Of a stretch of 64,000 nucleotides of DNA, positions 29,812-38,567 are shown piece by piece. The DNA lies in contig CAKOUU010000004.1 of NCBI GenBank assembly GCA_934120675.1, positions 9,918 through 73,917 of the forward strand, given 5' to 3'. The number at the start of each line of letters is the position of its first letter. The stretch's first letter is position 1. The translations under genes and the position numbers were made by a program. The notes under the pieces were generated by a model. The model made no database searches. It saw only the letters and a list, made by a program, of their open reading frames with translations, and was not told the DNA's origin. Origin of the DNA: an uncultured Clostridia bacterium (lineage in GTDB: Bacteria; Bacillota; Clostridia; TANB77; CAG-508).

Positions 29812-30803
29812 ATTTTTACTCCTCTATATATTTCTTTTAATATATCTTCTAATTCTGCTTCTTTCATATGAATATCTACTATATCTCCATATTTTGAAAT
29901 CATCTCGACTATTTTTACAATTGTCATTTTATCATGGTCAAATTTTATTTTTATGCTTTCTTCGTTTTCTTCTACAATTTCAAAGTCTTCATCATATAAA
30001 CTTTCAGTTATACTCGCTTTTTTATTTTTTAAAATGATTTCAGCTGAAACACTATTTCCATATGTATCTTTGAATTTTTGTTTTTCTCCATCAAAGATTA
30101 TTTGACCTTTATCTAATAGTATTATTCTGTCACATACATCTTCAATGTCCTTTAAATCATGTGTTGTAAGTATTACTGTTGTATTTTTTTCTTTATTTAT
30201 ATCTTTAATAAATTTTCTAATATTCTCTTTTACTAAAACATCCAGTCCAATTGTTGGTTCATCTAAATAAACTATTTTAGGATTATGCAAAAATGTTGCT
30301 GCAATTTCACATCTCATTTTTTGTCCTAAACTTAGGTTCTTAACTTGTTTTTCTAGTAAATCTTCTAATTGTAATAATTCAGTAAATTGTTTTAAATTTT
30401 TTCTGTATTCATTTTCTGGAATTTTATACATCTTTTTAATTAATCTAAAAGATTCAATTACAGGCAAATCCCACCATAGCTGTGTTTTTTGTCCAAAAAC
30501 AGCACCTATATTTTTGTTATTTTCTATTCTTTTTTCATTTGGCACAATTCCATTTACTACAACTTGTCCAGATGTTGGTGATAACAGACCTGTGAGCATT
30601 TTTATTGTTGTTGATTTTCCTGCTCCATTTTCTCCTATGTAGCCTACTAATTCACCTTCGTTAATATTAAAATTTATATTATTTACTGCTGTAAATTCTT
30701 TATATTTTGGTTTAATTAGATTTTTTAAGTAACCTAATAATCCATCTTCTTTTTCTATAATTTTATAGTTTTTTACTAAATCTTTTACTTCTATTAATGA
30801 CAT
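29805..30803 (-). CDS. ABC transporter ATP-binding protein
   Basis: Walker A GENGAGKST, signature LSLGQKMR and Walker B IVYLDEPT, plus a C-terminal extension. Confidence 0.85.
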   Translation of the reverse strand: MSLIEVKDLVKNYKIIEKEDGLLGYLKNLIKPKYKEFTAVNNINFNINEGELVGYIGENGAGKSTTIKMLTGLLSPTSGQVVVNGIVPNEKRIENNKNIGAVFGQKTQLWWDLPVIESFRLIKKMYKIPENEYRKNLKQFTELLQLEDLLEKQVKNLSLGQKMRCEIAATFLHNPKIVYLDEPTIGLDVLVKENIRKFIKDINKEKNTTVILTTHDLKDIEDVCDRIILLDKGQIIFDGEKQKFKDTYGNSVSAEIILKNKKASITESLYDEDFEIVEENEESIKIKFDHDKMTIVKIVEMISKYGDIVDIHMKEAELEDILKEIYRGVKIC

Positions 30804-30821
30804 TATTTTCTCTTCTCCATT

Positions 30822-31415
30822 TTAGAATATTTCTTTTATTTTTCTATATATATCATACCAACTATAACATCTATAAATATTTTTTCCATTACATTGTTCA
30901 TTATAATTTGCATGATAGCAAATTACAGGTATTTCATTAGAAATTGTATTTATATTTTTAGGCTTATCTTCAATCATTAAATCTATATTATTTTGTTTGC
31001 ATATTTCCAATTTATCTTCTGGACTAAAGATTATATTGTCATAATGTATTTGATTAATTTTTAGCCAATTTAATACAATATTTCTATTTTCTTCTATTGT
31101 CATTACATCTGCTGAATGGCTTAAAAAAGAACCTCTAGCCGTAATTATATAAATTTCATGTCCATCTTCTTTTAATTTATCAATTACTTCATTTGCAAAT
31201 TTTCTTGCTTCTACATTAATTGAATACTCTCGAAAATATTTATTCCAAAATTCATCATCTAATTTTATATCTACATCAAATATTTCATTTGTTTCATATC
31301 CCTTGTAATTCTTTATTTTTAAACCATATTTTTCATAAAAAAACTTACTTCCATAGTCTAACTGCCATTGTTCTACATCAGTTAAAACTCCATCTATATC
31401 AATTCCTATTTTCAT
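30822..31415 (-). CDS. HAD-superfamily NT5C-like phosphatase, copy 1
   Basis: MKIGIDIDGVLT, KLKEDGHEIYIITAR, IDLMIEDK. RBS AGGAGG. Confidence 0.65.
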   Translation of the reverse strand: MKIGIDIDGVLTDVEQWQLDYGSKFFYEKYGLKIKNYKGYETNEIFDVDIKLDDEFWNKYFREYSINVEARKFANEVIDKLKEDGHEIYIITARGSFLSHSADVMTIEENRNIVLNWLKINQIHYDNIIFSPEDKLEICKQNNIDLMIEDKPKNINTISNEIPVICYHANYNEQCNGKNIYRCYSWYDIYRKIKEIF

Positions 31416-31563
31416 TATTTTACCTCCTAATATTTCTGTATTTCTTAATTTTGTTTTATCTTATCATAAATACAATATTATTACAATAAATCAAACTAAT
31501 AAAATTAATATCTATCTTGTAAAGTCTTAAATTATTCAAAACAATTCTCCTTAAAATAATTTC

Positions 31564-31587
31564 GAGCAAAGGTTTTCACCTTTGCTC
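31564..31587. terminator. hairpin terminator
   Basis: Perfect 10-bp stem gagcaaaggt / acctttgctc with a 4-nt loop. T5 follows on the plus side and a weaker tail on the minus side. Confidence 0.55.
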
Positions 31588-31592
31588 TTTTT

Positions 31593-31661
31593 ATACCCTA
31601 CTTTAGGCTAGGGGTTTCCTCTTCAATATACCCTACTTATAGGCTAGGGATTTCCTTTTCA
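31593..31661. repeat. tandem direct repeat, two ~34-bp units (period 35)
   Basis: The two units are ataccctactttaggctaggggtttcctcttca and ataccctacttataggctagggatttccttttca. Each contains a CCCTA...TAGGG mini-palindrome. Confidence 0.85.
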
Positions 31662-31758
31662 TAATATTTTGCAATATTACTTCCTTTAGTATATTCATTA
31701 TACTAATTTTTTATTACTTTTGTCAAACGAATTATCGCTTTTTGATAGTTTAAATTTA

Positions 31759-32001
31759 TTAATATAATTCATTTGCTTCTGTTTGATTTATTAAATTTTG
31801 GCTTAAACTATAATCTATTTGATTTTTTCTTTCAACATCATTTTCTATACTTTTTATATGATTTATTAATTGTGCATGTCCATCTTCAATTTTTCCATTT
31901 TCATTAAATAGATATGAAGTTGATATTTTAAAGATACCAAATCCAATTGCAACTATAATAATTATTGCAATTGCAATTATTACATTCTTTCTATTCTTCA
32001 T
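31759..32001 (-). CDS. small membrane-anchored hypothetical protein
   Basis: 80 aa, N-terminal TM helix, overlaps the upstream ORF by 11 nt. Confidence 0.5.
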   Translation of the reverse strand: MKNRKNVIIAIAIIIIVAIGFGIFKISTSYLFNENGKIEDGHAQLINHIKSIENDVERKNQIDYSLSQNLINQTEANELY

Positions 32002-32269
32002 TTGTTTTCCCCCTCTCTCTTGATTTTATCAATTGTTCATTAAGTTTTTTTATTGTATTTTTTGTCTTCAAGTACATAATAATAGAAATAATAACATATA
32101 TAATTGTGAAGAACAATAAATTATTTTTAATAGATTCTATAAATAAATTCAAAAAATCTGTATTATATTCACATATTTTTAGAATAATCATTTCTGTTAA
32201 ACTAAATATGCAATTAAATATAAAATAATTTATTATAAAAAATACCATAACATTAAAAATTTTTTTCAT
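31991..32269 (-). CDS. small multi-TM protein (DUF3021-like partner of LytTR regulators)
   Basis: 92 aa, 2-3 TM helices, starts 2 nt after the LytTR gene stop. Confidence 0.5.
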   Translation of the reverse strand: MKKIFNVMVFFIINYFIFNCIFSLTEMIILKICEYNTDFLNLFIESIKNNLLFFTIIYVIISIIMYLKTKNTIKKLNEQLIKSRERGKTNEE

Positions 32270-32270
32270 A

Positions 32271-32729
32271 TTACAAACTCTTATCCTCCAAAAAATTTAA
32301 TACATCTTTAATTCTTCTTCTCGAAACCTTTTCTTCTGTATCATCATATAATTTTACTATTATTTTTCCTGTTTTACTCATATCAAAGCATTTTACAAAA
32401 TTGACATTAACTATACATTTTTTCGATATTCTAATAAAACTATCATCTATGTTTTCTATTTCATATAATTTACTTCTTATTTTGTATGTTTTATTATCAA
32501 CTGTTTTACAGTAATTATTTTTTCCATTACTATAAAATAGAATAATATTTTTATAATCTATATAAAACGATTTATAGTCTTCTGTAACTACAACCTTGTT
32601 TGTTTTGTAATTAGCTATATAATCAAAAATTTTTTCTGTTTCTTTATTTTTTGAATTTGCTTCAATTATAATATTTATCTCATTGCTCTTAATATTTGTA
32701 TTTATTTTTTCTGATATTCTTATTCCCAT
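32271..32729 (-). CDS. LytTR-family DNA-binding protein without a receiver domain
   Basis: 152 aa. FYIDYKNIILFYSNGKNNYCKT...YKIRSKLYEIE...FIRISKKCIVNVNFV matches the LytTR domain pattern. Confidence 0.7.
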   Translation of the reverse strand: MGIRISEKINTNIKSNEINIIIEANSKNKETEKIFDYIANYKTNKVVVTEDYKSFYIDYKNIILFYSNGKNNYCKTVDNKTYKIRSKLYEIENIDDSFIRISKKCIVNVNFVKCFDMSKTGKIIVKLYDDTEEKVSRRRIKDVLNFLEDKSL

Positions 32730-32820
32730 TTTTTCCTTTCTCCATGTTTGAATTATATATCTAAAAATTTTTTATATCAATACTTAAACGATAAACGGTT
32801 GTTTTTTTAGATAATTGGTT

Positions 32821-33483
32821 TTATATTATCCTTCCATCCTCTATTTTTATAATTCTATCTGCCAATTTGGCTATTTCTAAATTATGTGTAATCATAATAA
32901 TAGTTTGTTTATAGTCTTTATTTGCCTTTTTTAAAACCTGCATAATTTCCTCACTTGATTTTGAATCTAAATTTCCTGTTGGTTCATCTGCTAAAATTAT
33001 TGTTGGATTTATCATTAATGCTCTTCCTATTGCAACTTTTTGCTGTTGCCCACCTGATAGTTCATTTGGCAAATGTTTTTTTCTTTTTTCTAGTCCTAAA
33101 AATTTTATTATTTCATCTAATTTTTTGGTATCTATCTTTTTTCTGTCTAACTCTATTGGTAATGTTATATTTTCTTCCACATTCAAAGTTGGAATCAAGT
33201 TATAAAATTGATATATTATTCCTATTTTTTGTCTTCGCAAAATAGTAAGTTCTTTTTTACTCATTTTATATATATCTTTATCATAAAAATACACTTTTCC
33301 ACTTGTTGGCTTTTCTAGTCCTGCAATTGAATGTAACAATGTTGATTTTCCGCTTCCAGAAGGTCCTATTATAGCAATAAATTCTCCTTCTTCTACTTGA
33401 AAAGAAATGTCGTCTAATGCTTTAACTTCTGTTTCTCCACTCCCATATACTTTCTTTAAATTTTCTATTTTTAAAATATTCAT
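32821..33483 (-). CDS. ABC transporter ATP-binding protein (MacB/FtsE-like)
   Basis: Walker A GPSGSGKST, signature LSGGQQQKV and Walker B ILADEPTGNLD. Confidence 0.85.
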   Translation of the reverse strand: MNILKIENLKKVYGSGETEVKALDDISFQVEEGEFIAIIGPSGSGKSTLLHSIAGLEKPTSGKVYFYDKDIYKMSKKELTILRRQKIGIIYQFYNLIPTLNVEENITLPIELDRKKIDTKKLDEIIKFLGLEKRKKHLPNELSGGQQQKVAIGRALMINPTIILADEPTGNLDSKSSEEIMQVLKKANKDYKQTIIMITHNLEIAKLADRIIKIEDGRII

Positions 33484-35783
33484 TGTTCCCTCCTATAATT
33501 TTGCCACTTCTTTATAAAATTTGTTGCATACTTAAATATCATTAAGGATATACTAAATAATCCCATAATAAATAAATTTATTTTTCCAAATGGTACTAAT
33601 AATTTATTTTCAATAATAATATTTTGCATATACTTTATAATCATATATATAATAGGAATCGATAACACTATTGTTATCATTAATGCTTTAAGAAACATAT
33701 ATATACATTCAAACATTAATATTTTATTTATATTTTCCTCTGTTGCTCCGACAATATTTAAAACTATAAATTCTTGTTTTCTTTCGCATATACTTGCATT
33801 TATAATATTAATTGTGCTAATTATACCAATTATAATTATCGAAATTACAATAATATTTAATATTAATTGAACTATTTCTATATAAATTATTTTTTCTTGA
33901 TTTTCTAATGAATAATATTCTGCATCAATACCTATATTTTGTTTTTTTACTATATTATCAATATAACTTGAAAAATTCATAATATTTTTGCATTTTACTT
34001 TTATCAATATTTCATCCAAATCACTTACAATCCAATTTTCAACTTCATATCCTTCAGTATCATTATAATCAGAATTTATTTTTTGAATATTATTATAGTT
34101 TTCCATATTAGTAAAAATAATTGGTGCAAGATACTTAAATTGCAATTCTTTAAATCCTTTTATATTTTCATTTGTAATAATATAATTTCCATTCAATTTT
34201 CCATTATTTATTTTCTTATATTGATTAACTTCATTTTCTTCATCATTCAATACTGATATAAGATTTAAATCAAAATTAATACCTGTTTTTAATACATCAT
34301 AATTTGTATATACTAAATCTCGTCCTTCCAAAATTTCAGTAGCCTTGTTATAAATTATATAATCCCCATATTGAGCATTCAGTTTTTTTATATAATTATT
34401 ATATGTTTCATCATCTAAGCCAACAATAACCATATGCATACTTTGTTTTCCATCATTATATGTTGTAACATTATCCGTCAAAAGTGCCTGTTTAGGTTCT
34501 ACCAATACATTTATTCCTGTGAGTTTATATTCCGTATATTCAATTTTATCTCCTGTATTATTTTCATAGTCTTTCAATATTTTTTTGTAATTAATGTTTT
34601 GTGTTGAATCTATGGATAACTTAGCATCTGAATCATATTCATTTATTAGTTTAGCACTTTCTTTTTCATATTGAATATATGTATTTATTGTAATATATGA
34701 TAGCATACATATTACTAATAGCATTATTATAATTGAATATTTATTTTTATTTCTTTTTACATTCTTTATTGCTACTTTTCCTTCTATTGGTAATATTCGT
34801 TCTATAATTGTATTCTTTCTATGTTTTATTTGTTTATTATTTCTAATACCTTGAATAACTGATGTTGTACTTGCTTTTATACTTGGTATTATAGATGATA
34901 TAAAAATATTAAATATAATAATTCCTAGAGATAATATTATGTATCTTATATTTAATATCAATCTGAAATTATACCCTGTATTTTTTAATATATTATTCAA
35001 TAATTTCAAAATCACATTAGAACTAAAAATTGATATTATTCCTCCTATAAAAATACCTATTGCTCCCATTATTATGCCTTCAAATAATATCATTTTTAAT
35101 ATTTGTCCTTCTGTTCCTCCTATACTGTTTAAAACTGCATACTCCTTTTTTCTCTCATTTATAGTTATCAAAAAAGCATTATATAATATTATTATAAATA
35201 AAATTGATATTGCTGCAAAAATAATTATAATCATTAATTCAATAGCATATGAATAATTAATTCTTGCTATACATTTAGGTATATAGTTTTCTGTTTCGAT
35301 TTCAACATCAATAATCCCATATATAGTTAGTAGTTTTTGATTAAATTCGCATTTATTTTTAGAATTTTCAATTTCACCAGTTGATATATTTAATGTTTGT
35401 AATATATCGTTTGAATACTTGCAAACATCTTTCACATTTTTATATCTAATATATATATTTAAATTTTTTTCATTATCTTTCATGACATAATTTTTATCTA
35501 CTTCTGTCAGTTCTGTATCATTTATTTTTTGAATATATATTTTTTCAATATATTCCTTATTTTTTATTTTTTCAAAATCTTTATTGCTTAAATCTTTAAG
35601 TATTACATGATAATCATTTTTTTCTTTTTCTGAAATCTCTATAATTCCGTTTTTGATACTACTAACTAGAATTGTTGTAGTAAATATCAATATTGAACAT
35701 AACATTATAGATATAATTGTAAATAATGTTCTTTTTATATTGCTTTTTAAATTATTTAATGTTAGCTTTAGTTCTGTTTTCAT
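33480..35783 (-). CDS. FtsX-like ABC transporter permease (two FtsX modules with a large extracytoplasmic domain)
   Basis: ~767 aa from ATG 35783 (RBS GGGGGAG). Two 4-TM FtsX-type modules flank Asn/Lys-rich loops. Overlaps the ATPase gene by 4 nt. Confidence 0.7.
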   Translation of the reverse strand: MKTELKLTLNNLKSNIKRTLFTIISIMLCSILIFTTTILVSSIKNGIIEISEKEKNDYHVILKDLSNKDFEKIKNKEYIEKIYIQKINDTELTEVDKNYVMKDNEKNLNIYIRYKNVKDVCKYSNDILQTLNISTGEIENSKNKCEFNQKLLTIYGIIDVEIETENYIPKCIARINYSYAIELMIIIIFAAISILFIIILYNAFLITINERKKEYAVLNSIGGTEGQILKMILFEGIIMGAIGIFIGGIISIFSSNVILKLLNNILKNTGYNFRLILNIRYIILSLGIIIFNIFISSIIPSIKASTTSVIQGIRNNKQIKHRKNTIIERILPIEGKVAIKNVKRNKNKYSIIIMLLVICMLSYITINTYIQYEKESAKLINEYDSDAKLSIDSTQNINYKKILKDYENNTGDKIEYTEYKLTGINVLVEPKQALLTDNVTTYNDGKQSMHMVIVGLDDETYNNYIKKLNAQYGDYIIYNKATEILEGRDLVYTNYDVLKTGINFDLNLISVLNDEENEVNQYKKINNGKLNGNYIITNENIKGFKELQFKYLAPIIFTNMENYNNIQKINSDYNDTEGYEVENWIVSDLDEILIKVKCKNIMNFSSYIDNIVKKQNIGIDAEYYSLENQEKIIYIEIVQLILNIIVISIIIIGIISTINIINASICERKQEFIVLNIVGATEENINKILMFECIYMFLKALMITIVLSIPIIYMIIKYMQNIIIENKLLVPFGKINLFIMGLFSISLMIFKYATNFIKKWQNYRREQ

Positions 35784-35824
35784 TTTTTCTCCCCCGTAAA
35801 ATAATGTATAAATATGCAAAAAAA

Positions 35825-35867
35825 TATTGATGTTTTATATATATCATTTAAAATATAAAACATCAAT
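35825..35867. promoter_or_regulatory. perfect 15-bp AT-rich inverted repeat upstream of the FtsX permease gene
   Basis: attgatgttttatat (35825-35839) and atataaaacatcaat (35853-35867). A T-run follows on the minus strand. Confidence 0.4.
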
Positions 35868-35958
35868 AAAACTTTATATTCTTTTGTTTACAATTCCATT
35901 TATCTTAACAGGATTACCATTTATCATTATTTTTTTACAACTTTTTCAATATATAAAA

Positions 35959-35986
35959 AGCAAGTGGTTATCAACAAGCACTTGCT
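35959..35986 (-). terminator. intrinsic terminator (AGCAAGTG stem family)
   Basis: agcaagtg / cacttgct stem followed by a T run on the minus strand, after the stop at 36021. Confidence 0.65.
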
Positions 35987-36020
35987 AAAATTTTACTATC
36001 TTCTTTATTTAATTATAAAA

Positions 36021-37406
36021 TTATAAGTTGTAATCTGTTTTTTCTGCTTTTATATTATTTCTAATAAGTATATCCTTTCTTCTATAAATGGCTAATACCA
36101 AAGCCAAACACATCATATTAACAATAAGATTTAACCTACCATAAGAAACAAATGGCAAATTAAAATTAGCATCAATTATTAAATTCAAATTCATAAGAAT
36201 ATTAAATATACTTTGTAAAATAAACATACTAGACATTCCAATTATTAATAATTTTCCATTAATTTCTTTTATCTTAATTGAATTTATAATTAGTTCTATA
36301 CTTAAGGCTAAAACTGCTATTACTATTCCAATGCTTACTACCCAGCCATAATGTGCTAAAATTGATATAAACGCATAATTTGTGCCTTCGTCAAATATTT
36401 CTAAAGCATTGCTAGTATCGTCCGCTTCACCAAATGTTTGAGCAGAATTTATAATTATTTTTCTATTTAAAGGGATCCATCCATAACAATCTGCTTGACT
36501 TTCTGGATTATATACTGCTACAAATCTATCAACAATATATGGTGTTTCAATTATTACACTTAGCGATAAAATTGTTCCTAAAATTATTGGTATTCCCCAA
36601 AGGATTAGTAAATTTCTTTTTCTATTTGTTTTAGTTTGTACCAATTTTACAGTTCCTATTATTAAATAAATAAGTCCTAATATAAATGCTGATACAATAG
36701 ATGGTATCCTTACAAAAATAAATATAGAAATTATACTTAATGTTATTATTTTAGCTAATTTTAAATTTATATTCTTATTGAATATTGTAACATTCTTTTT
36801 GTATTGTTTTTCACTATTTAAAAAGCCTACAAACGCAATAATATAAAGTGGCATTGCAATAACAACTGGTGAAAGTGTAATTGATGGTGAAATATATATG
36901 TATGGTAATCCATTTATATCTATTCCAAAAAGAAATGAATAGACAATAAATAAAGTTGCAATTATATAAAATATATTTGAGTATTTCATTATTTTTGTAT
37001 AATCAATAAAATATACACATATACCTAAAATACTGCCTACTATTAAAGAAATTATATATCTTTCAAAAAAATTCATTGAATTATATCCATCTGTTACTAT
37101 ATTACATGTTCTAGTAAATGCAACTAAAAATCCAAATCCTAAAAGCACTATTAAAATTATTAACAATTTCCAGTCTAGTTTTGGCTTATGTATTTTATTT
37201 AATTTTTCTCCGATTTCTTTGGCATCTCCCATTTGTGTAATTGCTTTTTCTTCTGCTTCTTTTTCCTTTAGTCCATCTTGAATATAGTTTTCTTTTGATT
37301 CTTCTATATGATTTTCTAACTCTTCTGATATGCTATTTCGTATAGGTTTGTATTTTATCTGTTCACATACTGTATTTAAAAATTCTTTAATTTGCAAATG
37401 AAACAC
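36021..37406 (-). CDS. FtsW/RodA/SpoVE (SEDS)-like polytopic protein with an N-terminal PadR-partner-type cytoplasmic domain
   Basis: The first 80 aa (IKEFLNTVCEQIKYKPIRNSISEELENHIEESKENY...) resemble the prefix domain found downstream of PadR genes. The C-terminal ~10 TM helices carry LPFVSYG, while the usual HTDFIF block reads GTNYAFISI. Confidence 0.55.
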   Translation of the reverse strand: MFHLQIKEFLNTVCEQIKYKPIRNSISEELENHIEESKENYIQDGLKEKEAEEKAITQMGDAKEIGEKLNKIHKPKLDWKLLIILIVLLGFGFLVAFTRTCNIVTDGYNSMNFFERYIISLIVGSILGICVYFIDYTKIMKYSNIFYIIATLFIVYSFLFGIDINGLPYIYISPSITLSPVVIAMPLYIIAFVGFLNSEKQYKKNVTIFNKNINLKLAKIITLSIISIFIFVRIPSIVSAFILGLIYLIIGTVKLVQTKTNRKRNLLILWGIPIILGTILSLSVIIETPYIVDRFVAVYNPESQADCYGWIPLNRKIIINSAQTFGEADDTSNALEIFDEGTNYAFISILAHYGWVVSIGIVIAVLALSIELIINSIKIKEINGKLLIIGMSSMFILQSIFNILMNLNLIIDANFNLPFVSYGRLNLIVNMMCLALVLAIYRRKDILIRNNIKAEKTDYNL

Positions 37407-37725
37407 CTCCTAATACATGGTTAATTCCATTGCTAAAAATTTTCCATTCTTCTTTTTTCTCTTTTAACTGTTTTTTTCCTTTTTCAGTTATTGCATAATA
37501 TTTTCTTTTCTTTGCTGTTGTTTCATCCCAATATGATGTTATAAATCCGTTTTCTTCTAATCCATGTAATATTGGATATAGTGTTCCTTCTTTTAATTCA
37601 AATACATTCTCTGATTTTTCTTTTAATTTTTTTATCATCTCATATCCATACATGTTTTGATTTTTTAATAAGTCCAATACTAGCATTGTTGTGCTTCCTT
37701 TTAGTAATTCTTTACTAATTTTCAC
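37387..37725 (-). CDS. PadR family transcriptional regulator
   Basis: 112 aa. LVLDLLKNQNMYGYEMIKKL...LKEGTLYPILHGLEENGFI is a winged-helix PadR pattern. Confidence 0.85.
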   Translation of the reverse strand: MKISKELLKGSTTMLVLDLLKNQNMYGYEMIKKLKEKSENVFELKEGTLYPILHGLEENGFITSYWDETTAKKRKYYAITEKGKKQLKEKKEEWKIFSNGINHVLGGVSFAN

Positions 37726-37750
37726 TTTTATCCCCTCCTTAAAAATAAAT

Positions 37751-37796
37751 ATACCTAGATATTCTATGTATTTTTATACATTGTATATCTAGGTAT
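37751..37796. promoter_or_regulatory. putative PadR operator: nested palindrome containing ATGT-N8-ACAT
   Basis: The atacctagatat (37751-37762) / atatctaggtat (37785-37796) palindrome encloses ATGT(37766-37769)-atttttat-ACAT(37778-37781). It lies 26 nt upstream of the padR ATG. Confidence 0.55.
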
Positions 37797-37925
37797 TGTT
37801 TTTGTCAATAGATTTTTATAATTATTCAAATTTTTTTATAAAACTAATACTATAATTTATAATATTTGTTGGCTAATTCTTTTGCTTGTTCTTCTGTTAT
37901 GGATTTTTCTTTATACCGTTTTAAT

Positions 37926-38531
37926 TTATAATTCTTCGGTTTTAAATGTGAAATAGCCTTCATATAGATAACTATTATCTATACCTTTCATATATACTTC
38001 TCTATCATTTATCTTATCAGTTAAACTATGTTTTAGCAATTCTTTAATTTCTATATCTTTTATTGGACTACGTTCCATTGCAAGCAAATAATCTGTTTTA
38101 TCTACTTTTCTCCAGTCAACTACTAAATTTAGCTCTTTCTTTAAAATTAAATCTAGCCATATTCTTGTACTTCTGCCATTTCCTTCTCTAAAAGGATGTG
38201 CTATATTCATTTCTACATATTTTTCTATTATTTCTTCATATGTTGACTGTGGCATTTTCTCGATATTTTTAATTGCTTCTTCAAGATAAGTAAGAGGTGT
38301 AAATCTGAAATTTCCTTTTGCTATATTTACTTTTCTTATATTTCCTGCAAATTCATATATTTCATCAAATAAATATTTATGAATTTTCTTTAAAGTTTCA
38401 AATGTTCCTGGCTCTAATTTATTTAAATAACCTGTTTCAAACATTTCTTTTGCTCGTATTTTGCTAATTTTTTCTTCTTCTCTTGCAAGTTCTGCTTGGT
38501 CAGTAATATTTAATTTATTCTCTAAAATCAT
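37926..38531 (-). CDS. Fic/DOC family protein, class III-like (C-terminal inhibitory motif)
   Basis: 201 aa. Active site HPFREGNGRSTR. The C-terminal SYLYEG fits (S/T)xxxE(G/N). RBS GGAGG. Confidence 0.8.
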   Translation of the reverse strand: MILENKLNITDQAELAREEEKISKIRAKEMFETGYLNKLEPGTFETLKKIHKYLFDEIYEFAGNIRKVNIAKGNFRFTPLTYLEEAIKNIEKMPQSTYEEIIEKYVEMNIAHPFREGNGRSTRIWLDLILKKELNLVVDWRKVDKTDYLLAMERSPIKDIEIKELLKHSLTDKINDREVYMKGIDNSYLYEGYFTFKTEEL

Positions 38532-38567
38532 TTTTTACCTCCTCAGGCATTTTTTACATACCAACTT

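Noticed and set aside
31593-31661. A CRISPR array or other multi-copy spacer-repeat structure.
   Set aside because: There are only two directly adjacent units with no spacers, and there are no cas genes in the window.
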